Virus record (IMG/VR): IMGVR_UViG_3300011416_000292
Location: 1-26,069 of that record
DNA from: a virus
Lineage: Duplodnaviria; Caudoviricetes
DNA: 26,069 nucleotides
Direction: 5' to 3' (one strand)
Shown: piece by piece, positions 15,867-24,170 of the stretch
How the letters are laid out: each line of letters opens with the position of its first letter
Position numbering within the stretch: the stretch's first letter is position 1
Translations under genes and position numbers: made by a program
Notes under the pieces: model-generated
The model's database searches: none
What the model was told of the DNA's origin: nothing
What the model saw: the letters and a program-made list of their open reading frames with translations, nothing else

Positions 15867-16645
15867 GCCGGTACTCCTTGGGGTGCCGTGGGTACTGCGG
15901 CAACAGGATTGAGATTGCGGTAATCCATCAGACTTGGTGCTGCTGTGACCTGTGCGACATCAGCCTTGGCGGTTGTGGTGGCGGCTGCGTTCTTGGTAAC
16001 CGACCCCACAGGGATTTTGTACCCAGTGTAGGGTTTGATAACGGCATCTGCCCTGTCGCGCTCCTGCTTCTGTTTGATGGCATCTGCGGCGGATTCCGCA
16101 GCGTCTGCTTCACCAAGGGCCTTGGCACCTTGGCCGAGTGCCCCCATGCCTACGGTCAGCATCTCCTTACCCGTGATACCTGCGGTTGTGCCGCCACTCA
16201 CGATTCCTCCACCGCCTCCCGCTGCGCCTCCCGCTGCGCCTCCAGCACCTCCAGCACCTGCTATACTCGGGGCCGCTATTGTCCCTGTTGCCCCTCCCAC
16301 TCCGTTCAGTGTTATGTTCCCTGCAGAGGTCGTGATCTCACCGCCCAAGGAAGCTGGGGCGATTGTTGGGGTGGCAAGTGGACCAACACCACCACCTGAC
16401 CCACCAGCACCGGAAGCACCAGCACCAGCGCCCACTTGCTCGAACCCGGCCAGTGCCCCTGCCGTGACAGCCCCCAGCAGGCCACCGATCAGAGCACCTT
16501 TCAGGATGTTGCCACCGGTCGCCGCAGCTACTACAGCACCAACAACCGCCCCGATTACCAACCCGGTGATAGCAGCGGAAGTCACTGCGGCCATGGTCGC
16601 GCCAAATCCTATCCCTACGAGGGTTGCCGCCGTCACGATTGCCAT
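15863..16645 (-). CDS. Gly/Ala-rich DNA ejection (pilot-like) protein with hydrophobic N-terminus
   Basis: GAGGAGG RBS; long hydrophobic G/A/V segments; follows the GNAT gene, as in podovirus ejection modules. Confidence 0.65.
   Translation of the reverse strand: MAIVTAATLVGIGFGATMAAVTSAAITGLVIGAVVGAVVAAATGGNILKGALIGGLLGAVTAGALAGFEQVGAGAGASGAGGSGGGVGPLATPTIAPASLGGEITTSAGNITLNGVGGATGTIAAPSIAGAGGAGGAAGGAAGGGGGIVSGGTTAGITGKEMLTVGMGALGQGAKALGEADAAESAADAIKQKQERDRADAVIKPYTGYKIPVGSVTKNAAATTTAKADVAQVTAAPSLMDYRNLNPVAAVPTAPQGVPA
16215..16259. repeat. Short in-frame tandem repeats
   Basis: (CCTCCCGCTGCG)x2 then (CCTCCAGCA)x2, encoding the GGA/GGAA low-complexity run. Confidence 0.7.
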
Positions 16646-16646
16646 A

Positions 16647-17111
16647 TCAAAGCCTCCTCAAAAAGTTGTTGTCCATGTGAATCATTCCATCTTTCTTGTA
16701 GTGCTCGATCACCCGTGGTGATTCTTCCCTGACGGTTGAGACCATGACCAAGACAGTCGCACCCTGCTCTTTGCCCCATTTATAGAACTGCCTTCTGAGC
16801 CCCAGTGCTGCCATGGGGTATTTGCCTCGGTTTTCTTTCGGGATGAACCAACCCCGTTCAATCAAGGTGATGATGTTACCGTTCCACTGCCAGGGTGCTA
16901 CGAGACCAATGATCCCGCCGATTATCTGCCCATCGACCTCGGCCACTAGAATGCAGCAACTGTCGAGATCGATGTGGTCCTGCAAAAGGAACTCAATCGT
17001 GTCAGGGTCGGGAGTCATTCCGAGGGCTTCCAGTTCAGGGACATCAGTCATAAAGGAAGCGCACATCTCCATCATCACCGGGATGTCCCTATATTCGGCA
17101 GGGCGGATCAT
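16647..17111 (-). CDS. GNAT-family acetyltransferase-like protein (~154 aa)
   Basis: MIRPAEYRDIP...ILVAEVDGQIIGGIIG...WFIPKENRGK...WGKEQGA...HYKKDG. Start 17111 with AGGAG and ATGA overlap. Confidence 0.8.
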   Translation of the reverse strand: MIRPAEYRDIPVMMEMCASFMTDVPELEALGMTPDPDTIEFLLQDHIDLDSCCILVAEVDGQIIGGIIGLVAPWQWNGNIITLIERGWFIPKENRGKYPMAALGLRRQFYKWGKEQGATVLVMVSTVREESPRVIEHYKKDGMIHMDNNFLRRL

Positions 17112-18529
17112 GCACCCGCTCCTACGCCACCCCATCCGCCTATTGGCATAATAATCCAGGTGTTGTTGACAAACTCTTTACGGTAGCCGGCCGGTTCAGG
17201 ATCGGCCTCATTCCATGGTGCCCAGTTATAGGCCTTCATAAAGGGGCTGTTGATTGCTTCGTCCTGTCTGGTCTTGAGGTCGGCGTTGTACCTTTCCAAC
17301 TGAGTGCCACCGGTTGCGGGTGTGGTCCCCGGGGTTGTGCCGGGGGTCGTTGTGGGAGCCCAGTTCGATTTGTAGGTGTACCCAGATATCGCAAACATGG
17401 TCTGCGCCTGGGCATCGAAATCCTGATTGATCTGGTCGATCATCCTGATTTTGTCCTGCTCGGAAAGCTGGGCAGTCGGGGTCATGTTGATACCCTTGAT
17501 CGTGTCCAGCCTCTGTTGGGAGAGAGTGCCGAAGGACTCGACCATCCGGTCCTGCGTTCCCCGGTCGAGCTTGGTGAGGTCAAACTCCATGGTCTTGGCC
17601 AGCCTGTCCATCTCCAGTTTGTAAGTCGCATCGTCAGCCTGTTTCCTGAGAGCGGCATTATTCTCGGCATCCATGGTCTTGAGGTCTTTGTTGGCCTGGA
17701 TGTTCTGCTCGTTCTCTTCCTTCCGGTAGCCGGCATTCTCTTTGGCCTGGGCTGACCCGAGGAGAGAATTGTAACCGGTCAGGTTGATGTCCTGATTACC
17801 CTGCTGTGCCAGCTGCCCGGCGTTGGCGTTGATGGTTGCGTCCTGCTGGGCGATGGGCAGGGCCGAGTCAATGGCCGCCTTCTGTCCCGCCCCGACCGCC
17901 ATGGAGGAATTGATCAGCCCCCGTGAGTTAGCTTGGACCATGGCATTGGCCTTGGCACTCTGCATGTACTTGCTGTCGGCGTGGAGCAGATCGTTCAGCT
18001 GACCGGCCACAGTCTCTTTGTCCCCGATGGTACGGGCGACATTGGTTGGTGCGGTAACAGAAGCAACGGTCGTTGGTGAAGGCGTAGGAAATGTCGGGGT
18101 GCCTGCTGTTGTTACCGGTGTGGTTCCTGCCGCAGGAGGTGTGCCTGTAGTATCGCCGACCGGAGGAGTCACCACCGGGGTGTCTACCACTGGAGGAGTC
18201 ACAGTTGTGCCGCCCGTTGGTGGTGTGGTAACCGGGGGAGTTGTCCCGCCCTGCCCTGCCGTTCCAATCAACCCTGTTGCGGGAGGGGGTGTGGTATCGC
18301 CGGCGGGAGGAGTTGTCGTCCCTGCAACCGGAGGAGTTGTGGTTGTTCCAGCAGGAGGTGTGACTGTGCCGCCAGTAGTTGGTGGAGTCACGGTGCCAGT
18401 GGGGGGAACGTACGGAGGGTCGTAATAAGGGTCCACTCCTGATGCCCACCCGTTACCTGGATCCCAGTCGCCATTGTTGTACGCGTCTTCGAGCCCGGCT
18501 GCTATTGCTGCGTCTCTGGATGCTCCCAT
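17108..18529 (-). CDS. Putative virion/ejection protein with Pro/Thr-rich N-terminal linker (473 aa)
   Basis: GAGGT RBS. Conserved-looking core ETVAGQLNDLL..DSKYMQSA..NAM...NSRGLINSSMAVGAGQ.AAIDSALPIAQQDA. Confidence 0.7.
   Translation of the reverse strand: MGASRDAAIAAGLEDAYNNGDWDPGNGWASGVDPYYDPPYVPPTGTVTPPTTGGTVTPPAGTTTTPPVAGTTTPPAGDTTPPPATGLIGTAGQGGTTPPVTTPPTGGTTVTPPVVDTPVVTPPVGDTTGTPPAAGTTPVTTAGTPTFPTPSPTTVASVTAPTNVARTIGDKETVAGQLNDLLHADSKYMQSAKANAMVQANSRGLINSSMAVGAGQKAAIDSALPIAQQDATINANAGQLAQQGNQDINLTGYNSLLGSAQAKENAGYRKEENEQNIQANKDLKTMDAENNAALRKQADDATYKLEMDRLAKTMEFDLTKLDRGTQDRMVESFGTLSQQRLDTIKGINMTPTAQLSEQDKIRMIDQINQDFDAQAQTMFAISGYTYKSNWAPTTTPGTTPGTTPATGGTQLERYNADLKTRQDEAINSPFMKAYNWAPWNEADPEPAGYRKEFVNNTWIIMPIGGWGGVGAGA
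18040..18420 (-). repeat. Degenerate (V/T)TPP(A/V/T)-G-T peptide repeats
   Basis: Roughly ten TTPP/VTPP units, with recurring GGAGGAGT/GGAGGTGT on the + strand. Confidence 0.7.
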
Positions 18530-18541
18530 GTTGTACCTCTC

Positions 18542-20620
18542 TTAACGCATCATCCTGCGGGGGGAATAGTGAACCAGAAAACTGTTGATCGTGAAGGCCG
18601 GGACATAATCGTACGATCCGTTGATGGCAATAGCGATGTTCTCTGCGGTCCCGTCAATCCCGACCTCTACAAAGTCAGTATCGTTGGTGTCCCAGAAGAA
18701 ATTGTCCCAGATGAATGAATCCCACCGGGATGACCCGACGTACCGATCATAGGAATAAAAACCTGGCTGGGAGTAAGCCGAAGAGTCATATCCGAGGATG
18801 TGCCCGAACCTGAACTTCACGAATGACCCGAAGTCGGCTGCCAGTTCAGGGACGGCCTTGCGGTATCGCTTGAGGGTGCGGGGACTCTTGGCGTTGGAGT
18901 AGTTCATCGTCAGGTTGAAGTCTATGGGGTCCCCGTCGAAGGAAGTCCCTTTCTCCATCTGGTAGACCATGCCGTTGGTTGACCCGAAGTAAATCACATC
19001 GGCACCACTTGAATTCTTCCCCTCATAACAACATCTGACCGGGTTCGGAAAGTAGACCGGCATACACCCCAGTAACTTACCGTTCACCACGGTGATGAAG
19101 ACCCCATACCCGTCACTGAAGAATATCCGGTACTGGCTCTTTCGCCGGCAGAGAGTCGAGGCCGTCATCAGGTTGATCTTGCTGGTGATGAACGGCAAGA
19201 TGGTGTTGGTCAGGGTCGACTGCGTGAAGTTCCCGTACTGCAGGGCGGTCTGGACCGAGTTCACCCCACGGTCGTCGAACACGAAACTCTGGGACATGTT
19301 CTGGGCTGAGAAAGGCACCGCCCCTGTCCCTGTGTTGTACGTGACGAGGTTCCAGTCGGTCGGCCCCGTGCCATAAAGAATGCTGGTATTGTTCCGGTTG
19401 AACAGACCTAGAGTTGCAGTGCTGGTCCCCCCAGGCATGGAGAGCATCTCGGTGATTGCGCTTCCGGTGGCCAACTCCCCTGCTCCGCTGAGGGCAGTGA
19501 AGTTATAGGGCAAGCCGGGTGCCGAGTGCATGGCCGAGGATCCGATGGAGAGGAACAGAAAACCCTTGTGCGCTACAACATGTGTGGGAGTATCCGTGGT
19601 CGCCCCGGTGGAGATCGGCACCAAGATATCGCCGTCGAACTCGAAAGCCTTATTGACCCCATCACACCCGTAGATTCTGGTGGTCGGTTCCTGTCCGTAG
19701 AAGTTGTGTTCCTCGAACTCGAAACGCCCCCCGGGCAGCATGGATATCTGGACCTGCGTATCGGCGAGGGTGACATCAGCCGTGCCGGCCGTGGCCGCCG
19801 CAGCGAAAAGGATTCCCGACCCGGCCTCTATGATCAGCCGGCCGAAGGCATCGCCTGCTTGCCACTCCCCACCTTCAAGAACTACCCGCTTAATCAGGGC
19901 GGTCTCTACCCCTTGGGTGAGTGTATCTCCGTCAGCTGGGGTATCGGTCCCGCCATCGGTGAAGGGCACTGAATAGTAGAAAGGTACCGCTACCCATCCG
20001 CCGGCCGTGCTTTTGTAAAGCACCAATGCATCCGCCCCGGCGTTATCGCGGAAGGCGTAGACGACATCGTTGAACTCAAATACCCCCCTCACCGGACCGG
20101 ACCCAGGGACTGCTGCAATGTCTGCCCTGAATTGATCAGCCACCGCGTTCTTGACAAGACTGTCCTCTTCGGGAGTAGTCACGCTGCCCTGTAATGCGCC
20201 AACAACCCCAGCGTACTGACTGGAAGCATCCACTGCGTCACCCAGAAGGATAGTCCCAGTCACATCAGTTAGAACATACATGCAGTTGTAAAATGCGGGA
20301 CCGGAGAAAAACTCTCCAGTGGCGTAAGCTACTGTCGCCGTGGCACCACCGGTAAACGTCAGTGCGCTCCCTATGGCGGGGATCAGTTCGGATTCACTGA
20401 CTTCTATTATCTGGTAGAGATGGCCGGATGCGCTATCGGCCGGAGAAGGTCGGCCGTCAAACCGTTCATACCCCACGATCCTTGAATACCCACCGGTGAC
20501 CGCCGCTTCAAAGTTGAGCGAGAATCGAGCAAACGTATTCGCCAGGGTCAGGGTAGGGGTGATCTGGTCGAGACCTCCCTTACAGACGATGGCGTCTATG
20601 TTTATGCTGGGACGGTTCAT
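18542..20620 (-). CDS. Tail nozzle/stabilisation protein (P22 gp10 / tail tubular B-like), 692 aa
   Basis: GGLD..TP...NFE....GGYSRI.GYERFDG N-terminus, beta-propeller-like body, C-terminal WDSFIWDNFFWD; directly after the adaptor gene. Confidence 0.7.
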   Translation of the reverse strand: MNRPSINIDAIVCKGGLDQITPTLTLANTFARFSLNFEAAVTGGYSRIVGYERFDGRPSPADSASGHLYQIIEVSESELIPAIGSALTFTGGATATVAYATGEFFSGPAFYNCMYVLTDVTGTILLGDAVDASSQYAGVVGALQGSVTTPEEDSLVKNAVADQFRADIAAVPGSGPVRGVFEFNDVVYAFRDNAGADALVLYKSTAGGWVAVPFYYSVPFTDGGTDTPADGDTLTQGVETALIKRVVLEGGEWQAGDAFGRLIIEAGSGILFAAAATAGTADVTLADTQVQISMLPGGRFEFEEHNFYGQEPTTRIYGCDGVNKAFEFDGDILVPISTGATTDTPTHVVAHKGFLFLSIGSSAMHSAPGLPYNFTALSGAGELATGSAITEMLSMPGGTSTATLGLFNRNNTSILYGTGPTDWNLVTYNTGTGAVPFSAQNMSQSFVFDDRGVNSVQTALQYGNFTQSTLTNTILPFITSKINLMTASTLCRRKSQYRIFFSDGYGVFITVVNGKLLGCMPVYFPNPVRCCYEGKNSSGADVIYFGSTNGMVYQMEKGTSFDGDPIDFNLTMNYSNAKSPRTLKRYRKAVPELAADFGSFVKFRFGHILGYDSSAYSQPGFYSYDRYVGSSRWDSFIWDNFFWDTNDTDFVEVGIDGTAENIAIAINGSYDYVPAFTINSFLVHYSPRRMMR

Positions 20621-21306
20621 ATGAAGCTGTCACCCATTTCAATCGTAGGACCGTAGTCGAGCATCAGGTTATTGTGGAGGTCTGCCGCTTCCCGGCCGGC
20701 GATTTCGATCTGCTCACTGGCCACCTCGAAGTATCCGTACTTCCGGGCCGCCCGGTAGACGATCAGCATGTGGTACTCGTCGGGGATGATCGGGGTATCG
20801 GTATCCGCCGCGAGGACCTGGGCCGAACGGTAATACTCAGCAGTGGTGACGTAGATATCATTGGGCGTGAACCCGAACTTGACACTGCGGTCAGGCGCGA
20901 CACAGACATAGAGTGGCCGGCCAGTGGTCAGCCGCCGGGAACCGAGCTCATAGAAGTCGCGGAACTGCGTGTAGTTGAGGTACTGGGTCAGGATGATCTC
21001 GGTCGGGATCCCTGCGGACTGGAGGTACTGCCGGAAGGAATAGGTCTTCCACCGCCTGAAGTCAGCCAGGTCGATGGCCAGCCCCGGGCCCACCGCATAG
21101 GTGCCGACATTCGCAACCGTGTTGAAAATGACGGACTTCCGCATGAACTCCCAGTCAGACCGTTCGTTGGCTAGTTCAACCCATGCTTGGGCAACCCAGT
21201 CTATGAGGCGTTTCATTTCCCCCGTCTGGCCTATTACCGTCGTGGGACCATTGCCCGATATCCCGCATTCTTGTTTTGTCCGCCTACATAATTCAAGGAA
21301 GTTCAT
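20617..21306 (-). CDS. Head-to-tail adaptor (tail tubular protein A-like), 229 aa
   Basis: MNFLELCRRTKQECG...WVAQAWVEL...DWEF...TPIIPDEYHMLIVYRA; position before the nozzle gene. Confidence 0.75.
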   Translation of the reverse strand: MNFLELCRRTKQECGISGNGPTTVIGQTGEMKRLIDWVAQAWVELANERSDWEFMRKSVIFNTVANVGTYAVGPGLAIDLADFRRWKTYSFRQYLQSAGIPTEIILTQYLNYTQFRDFYELGSRRLTTGRPLYVCVAPDRSVKFGFTPNDIYVTTAEYYRSAQVLAADTDTPIIPDEYHMLIVYRAARKYGYFEVASEQIEIAGREAADLHNNLMLDYGPTIEMGDSFI

Positions 21307-21310
21307 TGTC

Positions 21311-21907
21311 TTACCGCCTTCTCATGGGGACATCAAGTGGCTTATTTCTTGACAGTCGAGCTATGACTGCTTGCACGGTTAATCCATATTTAACGGCCAA
21401 TTCGTTTGTGTTTAACCCTTCGTGGTAGATAGTGTTTCTCTTGTTCCGGTTTTGCATTTTGAGCGGTATCCACACGCAATTGCTAGGTTCATAACCAACA
21501 TCTAACTTAATCCGCTCAATGCTGTATCCAACGGGGCATGGTCCCATGTCTGCATAAAAGGTTTCAAAATTCTCCCATTCCTTACAGACCTTAATTCCTC
21601 TGCCACCATAGTTTTTAAAAGAAATATTCTTAGCATCACTACATCGTGACTTAACCCCTGTCCATATTCGGTACTCTTTACTTTTGCTCATTCCATGTGT
21701 GGTGCTTCTGATTTTTGTCGTGTAACGGCCCAAGCACCCACAGCTTTTTATAGCTCCTGATTTAAGGCAATCCGCCCGTACAATGTGGTGCCTCCCGCAA
21801 CTACATAAACATAACCATGTAGCATTCCCGCTTTTATCTATGCCTTCTCTCTTCACTACGGCCAACTGCCCATACAGAAATCCAGATAAATCTTTTACTT
21901 TATTCAT
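21311..21907 (-). CDS. Free-standing HNH-type homing endonuclease (~198 aa)
   Basis: DLSG..YGQL...WLCLCSCG...SCGC...HGMS...W..VKSRC...YGGRGIKVC.EW..FETFYADMG..P...SIERI...YEPSNCVW...QNRN. AT-rich; start 21907 with AGGGAG. Confidence 0.85.
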   Translation of the reverse strand: MNKVKDLSGFLYGQLAVVKREGIDKSGNATWLCLCSCGRHHIVRADCLKSGAIKSCGCLGRYTTKIRSTTHGMSKSKEYRIWTGVKSRCSDAKNISFKNYGGRGIKVCKEWENFETFYADMGPCPVGYSIERIKLDVGYEPSNCVWIPLKMQNRNKRNTIYHEGLNTNELAVKYGLTVQAVIARLSRNKPLDVPMRRR

Positions 21908-21941
21908 AGCGATCTCCCTTCGCTCTCCAAGGTTTGATTTA

Positions 21942-21989
21942 GCGGCAGACATGGTGGAGTCCATGTTTTTCGGGAGCTACCCTAGCCGC
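21942..21989 (-). ncRNA. Three-way-junction structured RNA, resembling the phage C4 antisense RNA class
   Basis: GCGGC-TA-GGG(TAGCT)CCC-GAAAA-ACATGG(ACTCCA)CCATGT-CT-GCCGC, with all three stems perfectly paired. The family assignment is from memory only. Confidence 0.55.
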
Positions 21990-21992
21990 ACC

Positions 21993-22029
21993 TCTTTATA
22001 TCAGTTATAAAAAATTAACGCTATCTCCT
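21993..22029 (-). pseudogene. Degenerate remnant of the adaptor gene 5' end
   Basis: AGGAG-ATAGC-GTT AAT TTT TTA TAA CTG ATA TAA AGA = V-N-F-L-*-L-I-*-R, versus adaptor M-N-F-L-E-L-C-R-R. Confidence 0.5.
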
Positions 22030-22661
22030 TATACCGGGAATTCAAGGTAGGTGCCGGGCTTATTTTTCTGGATGTGAAAGTCTGCACTCAGGGCGAAGGC
22101 CTTGGCCGCATAGGTGTTGCCTGTGGTCTGCCGGTAAAGGCGGCACATGATGACGCTTGACTCTACCAGTAGAGTGCCAGACAGTGTGGCAACGGCAGAC
22201 TTCTTTTCCAGTACAACGCCAGGGGCTGCGACTGTGGCCTCTACTATGGTTGTGCTCCCAATAGGCACTCCGTCATTCAAGGCCACATACTCAATACCCC
22301 AGATGACATTCCCTGTTCCGGTTCCAGAAGGTGCCCAGTGAATATGGAACTTAATGTTGGTCCCGGCTTTGTACGCGTGTGGTAATTGGGCGTCGAAGAA
22401 AACTTCCTGAAGAGCGGAGTTACTGAATGCTGTGGCGTAGACCCCGACCGACCCAGCACCGTCATCAGCCAGTTTCTCAAAAGTAGGGTCCGAGTTGCCG
22501 AGACGTTTCGCCTGGGACAGGCTGACCTTCACGTCATCCCATGCCAAAAACTCGGTGGCGTCCTCATCCAGCACCCCGTTGTTGTACCAGGAGAAAAAAG
22601 GGCGCAGCATGGTCCTCAGTGCTTTGTACCAGATGTCTGTGTCGACGCTGATGGTTTTCAT
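22029..22661 (-). CDS. Hypothetical beta-sandwich virion protein (210 aa)
   Basis: AAGGGG RBS; QLPHAYKAGTNIKFHIHW..., jelly-roll-like alternating pattern; lies in the head/neck cluster. Confidence 0.65.
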   Translation of the reverse strand: MKTISVDTDIWYKALRTMLRPFFSWYNNGVLDEDATEFLAWDDVKVSLSQAKRLGNSDPTFEKLADDGAGSVGVYATAFSNSALQEVFFDAQLPHAYKAGTNIKFHIHWAPSGTGTGNVIWGIEYVALNDGVPIGSTTIVEATVAAPGVVLEKKSAVATLSGTLLVESSVIMCRLYRQTTGNTYAAKAFALSADFHIQKNKPGTYLEFPV

Positions 22662-22675
22662 ACTCGCCCCTTATC

Positions 22676-23140
22676 TCAGACTGCTTCCGACATCCGCTTG
22701 CTGAACCACTCGATTCCTTTTTCGCCCGAGGGGTCACTGATGATGGAGAACGGGAACTTGTGGGCATTGTGCTGCCGGATGGCATACGTGCGCTCTCCTG
22801 CCCCGTTCTGGATCTCCGGTGTCGACACCCTGGCCGACTTGACGATCAGGCAGTCAACGTGCTTGCGTTTGGCCAGTGTCTTCTGACCGCGGAAGAACTG
22901 CTTGAAGACCCCATTACATCCCACCGTCACAGGGTTCTCGGCGTTCTCATCCGTGGTCTCGTGGACCATGACGATCAACTCCTCCTCCATAAAGGCCAGT
23001 TCGTCCAGGTAATCTGCTTTGCCGTCTCTCTCGGTAACCAACTCCAATGCCCCTCCATTCGTATCCAGAGTCCCGTCGCCGAGGATGATATCCTTGGGCT
23101 GCCCTACGTTCATGCCGGTTGTATCTTTCTCTCTTGCCAT
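22676..23140 (-). CDS. Conserved-type hypothetical phage protein (154 aa)
   Basis: GGAGGGG RBS; ELAFMEE.L.V...NPVTVGCNG...RG...KRKHVDCL. Confidence 0.7.
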   Translation of the reverse strand: MAREKDTTGMNVGQPKDIILGDGTLDTNGGALELVTERDGKADYLDELAFMEEELIVMVHETTDENAENPVTVGCNGVFKQFFRGQKTLAKRKHVDCLIVKSARVSTPEIQNGAGERTYAIRQHNAHKFPFSIISDPSGEKGIEWFSKRMSEAV

Positions 23141-23168
23141 TTTCCCCTCCGGGGTTCGTTTTTTTCTC

Positions 23169-23543
23169 TAGCCAGCCAGCTAGAGGTTAAATCAGTTTTT
23201 CAATGGTCTTTCCGTTGTCGTTCATCAGGTAGCATTGGGTGTTGCAGAACAGATGTACGGCACCCAACGATTCAGAGTGGAACGCCAGGAACAGGATTGA
23301 CCCATCAGCCGGTTTCTGCTCTGCAAACCATATTTCCTGCACATCTGACGGTAAGCCCCATGTAGCGTTCTCTTTCCTGAAATGCTCTTCGCTGGCGTAC
23401 ACCGAATAATGCAAACCTTGAACATCCTCGAAATAACGCCACGACTCCATTGGGCAAAGATTGCTGTTCGGATCATTTGTTGCTCTCATTTTGAGAATCA
23501 TTGTCTATCTCCCTATCTGTCTGTTTGTATAGCTGGCTGGCTA
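23169..23543. repeat. Perfect 14-bp inverted repeats flanking the 104-aa gene
   Basis: TAGCCAGCCAGCTA (23169-23182) and TAGCTGGCTGGCTA (23530-23543). Confidence 0.85.
23187..23501 (-). CDS. Small hypothetical protein (104 aa) ending in YLMNDNGKTIEKL
   Basis: AGGGAG RBS; lower GC than neighbours; beta-rich. Confidence 0.75.
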   Translation of the reverse strand: MILKMRATNDPNSNLCPMESWRYFEDVQGLHYSVYASEEHFRKENATWGLPSDVQEIWFAEQKPADGSILFLAFHSESLGAVHLFCNTQCYLMNDNGKTIEKLI

Positions 23544-23549
23544 AAATAA

Positions 23550-23600
23550 GGGGAGCCCGTTACCCATCTCATACGGAGTAGGATTCACTGGCGGCCCCCC
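23550..23600 (-). promoter_or_regulatory. Extended stem-loop followed by TTATTTT (terminator or cis-regulatory RNA)
   Basis: GGGGGGCC/GGCTCCCC outer stem, internal loop, and CCTA-CTC(CGTAT)GAG-A-TGGG inner stem. Confidence 0.55.
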
Positions 23601-23606
23601 AGGTTG

Positions 23607-24143
23607 TTACACGATCTGCGGACGGTCGGGCAGGGTGCAGACGGACTGCGCAGTGACGGAATAGGCTGTCGCTGCGGAGTTCATTGCGCCGGTTGCTACC
23701 GATGTGGTGCCGAAGATGTGAGTTCCGCCGGCGGTGAAGTCCGTGGCGACCTTGACCACGAAGTAACCGATGGGGCAGAGGTTGTTGGGGATGGCCGGGA
23801 ACTCCGGGGCATCAAGGAAGGCACCGGCGGTGTACGCTGCGGAGTTCCCCTGCAGAGGGACGATCTCGCTCTGCACGAAGCGCATGGTTGCTACCGTGCC
23901 GGTGGAGACCACACAGGCCACGAAGATGCACCCCAGACCGGGGCCGACACCCTTGGGGGCCAGACCGGTGTTCGGGTCGAGGAAACTGGTGACAGCCGTG
24001 TTGCTGGCTGCGGTGGTGGTGTAGGCTTTACCCCTGATGCTGACGGTGCCGGCAGTGGTAATGGTCACAGTGGTTGTAGTACCCATCGTGACACCACTGT
24101 TGTGGAGACATGCGGTGAGTCCGTTCAATGCTGTTGGTTCCAT
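23607..24143 (-). CDS. Putative capsid decoration/cement protein (178 aa)
   Basis: AGAGGAG RBS; T/A/G-rich; second gene after the MCP. Confidence 0.6.
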   Translation of the reverse strand: MEPTALNGLTACLHNSGVTMGTTTTVTITTAGTVSIRGKAYTTTAASNTAVTSFLDPNTGLAPKGVGPGLGCIFVACVVSTGTVATMRFVQSEIVPLQGNSAAYTAGAFLDAPEFPAIPNNLCPIGYFVVKVATDFTAGGTHIFGTTSVATGAMNSAATAYSVTAQSVCTLPDRPQIV

Positions 24144-24170
24144 AACTCATTCTCCTCTGAAATGTGATTT

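Noticed and set aside
1757-21964. Longer ORF-track starts at 1807, 2136, 15400, 17135 and 21964
   Set aside because: Downstream starts have an SD and/or stop-start overlaps, while the longer versions overlap upstream genes or the structured RNA.
21993-22019. In-frame TAA codons as a sign of stop-codon reassignment
   Set aside because: All long genes are open under the standard code and many end in TAA, so decay is the simpler explanation.
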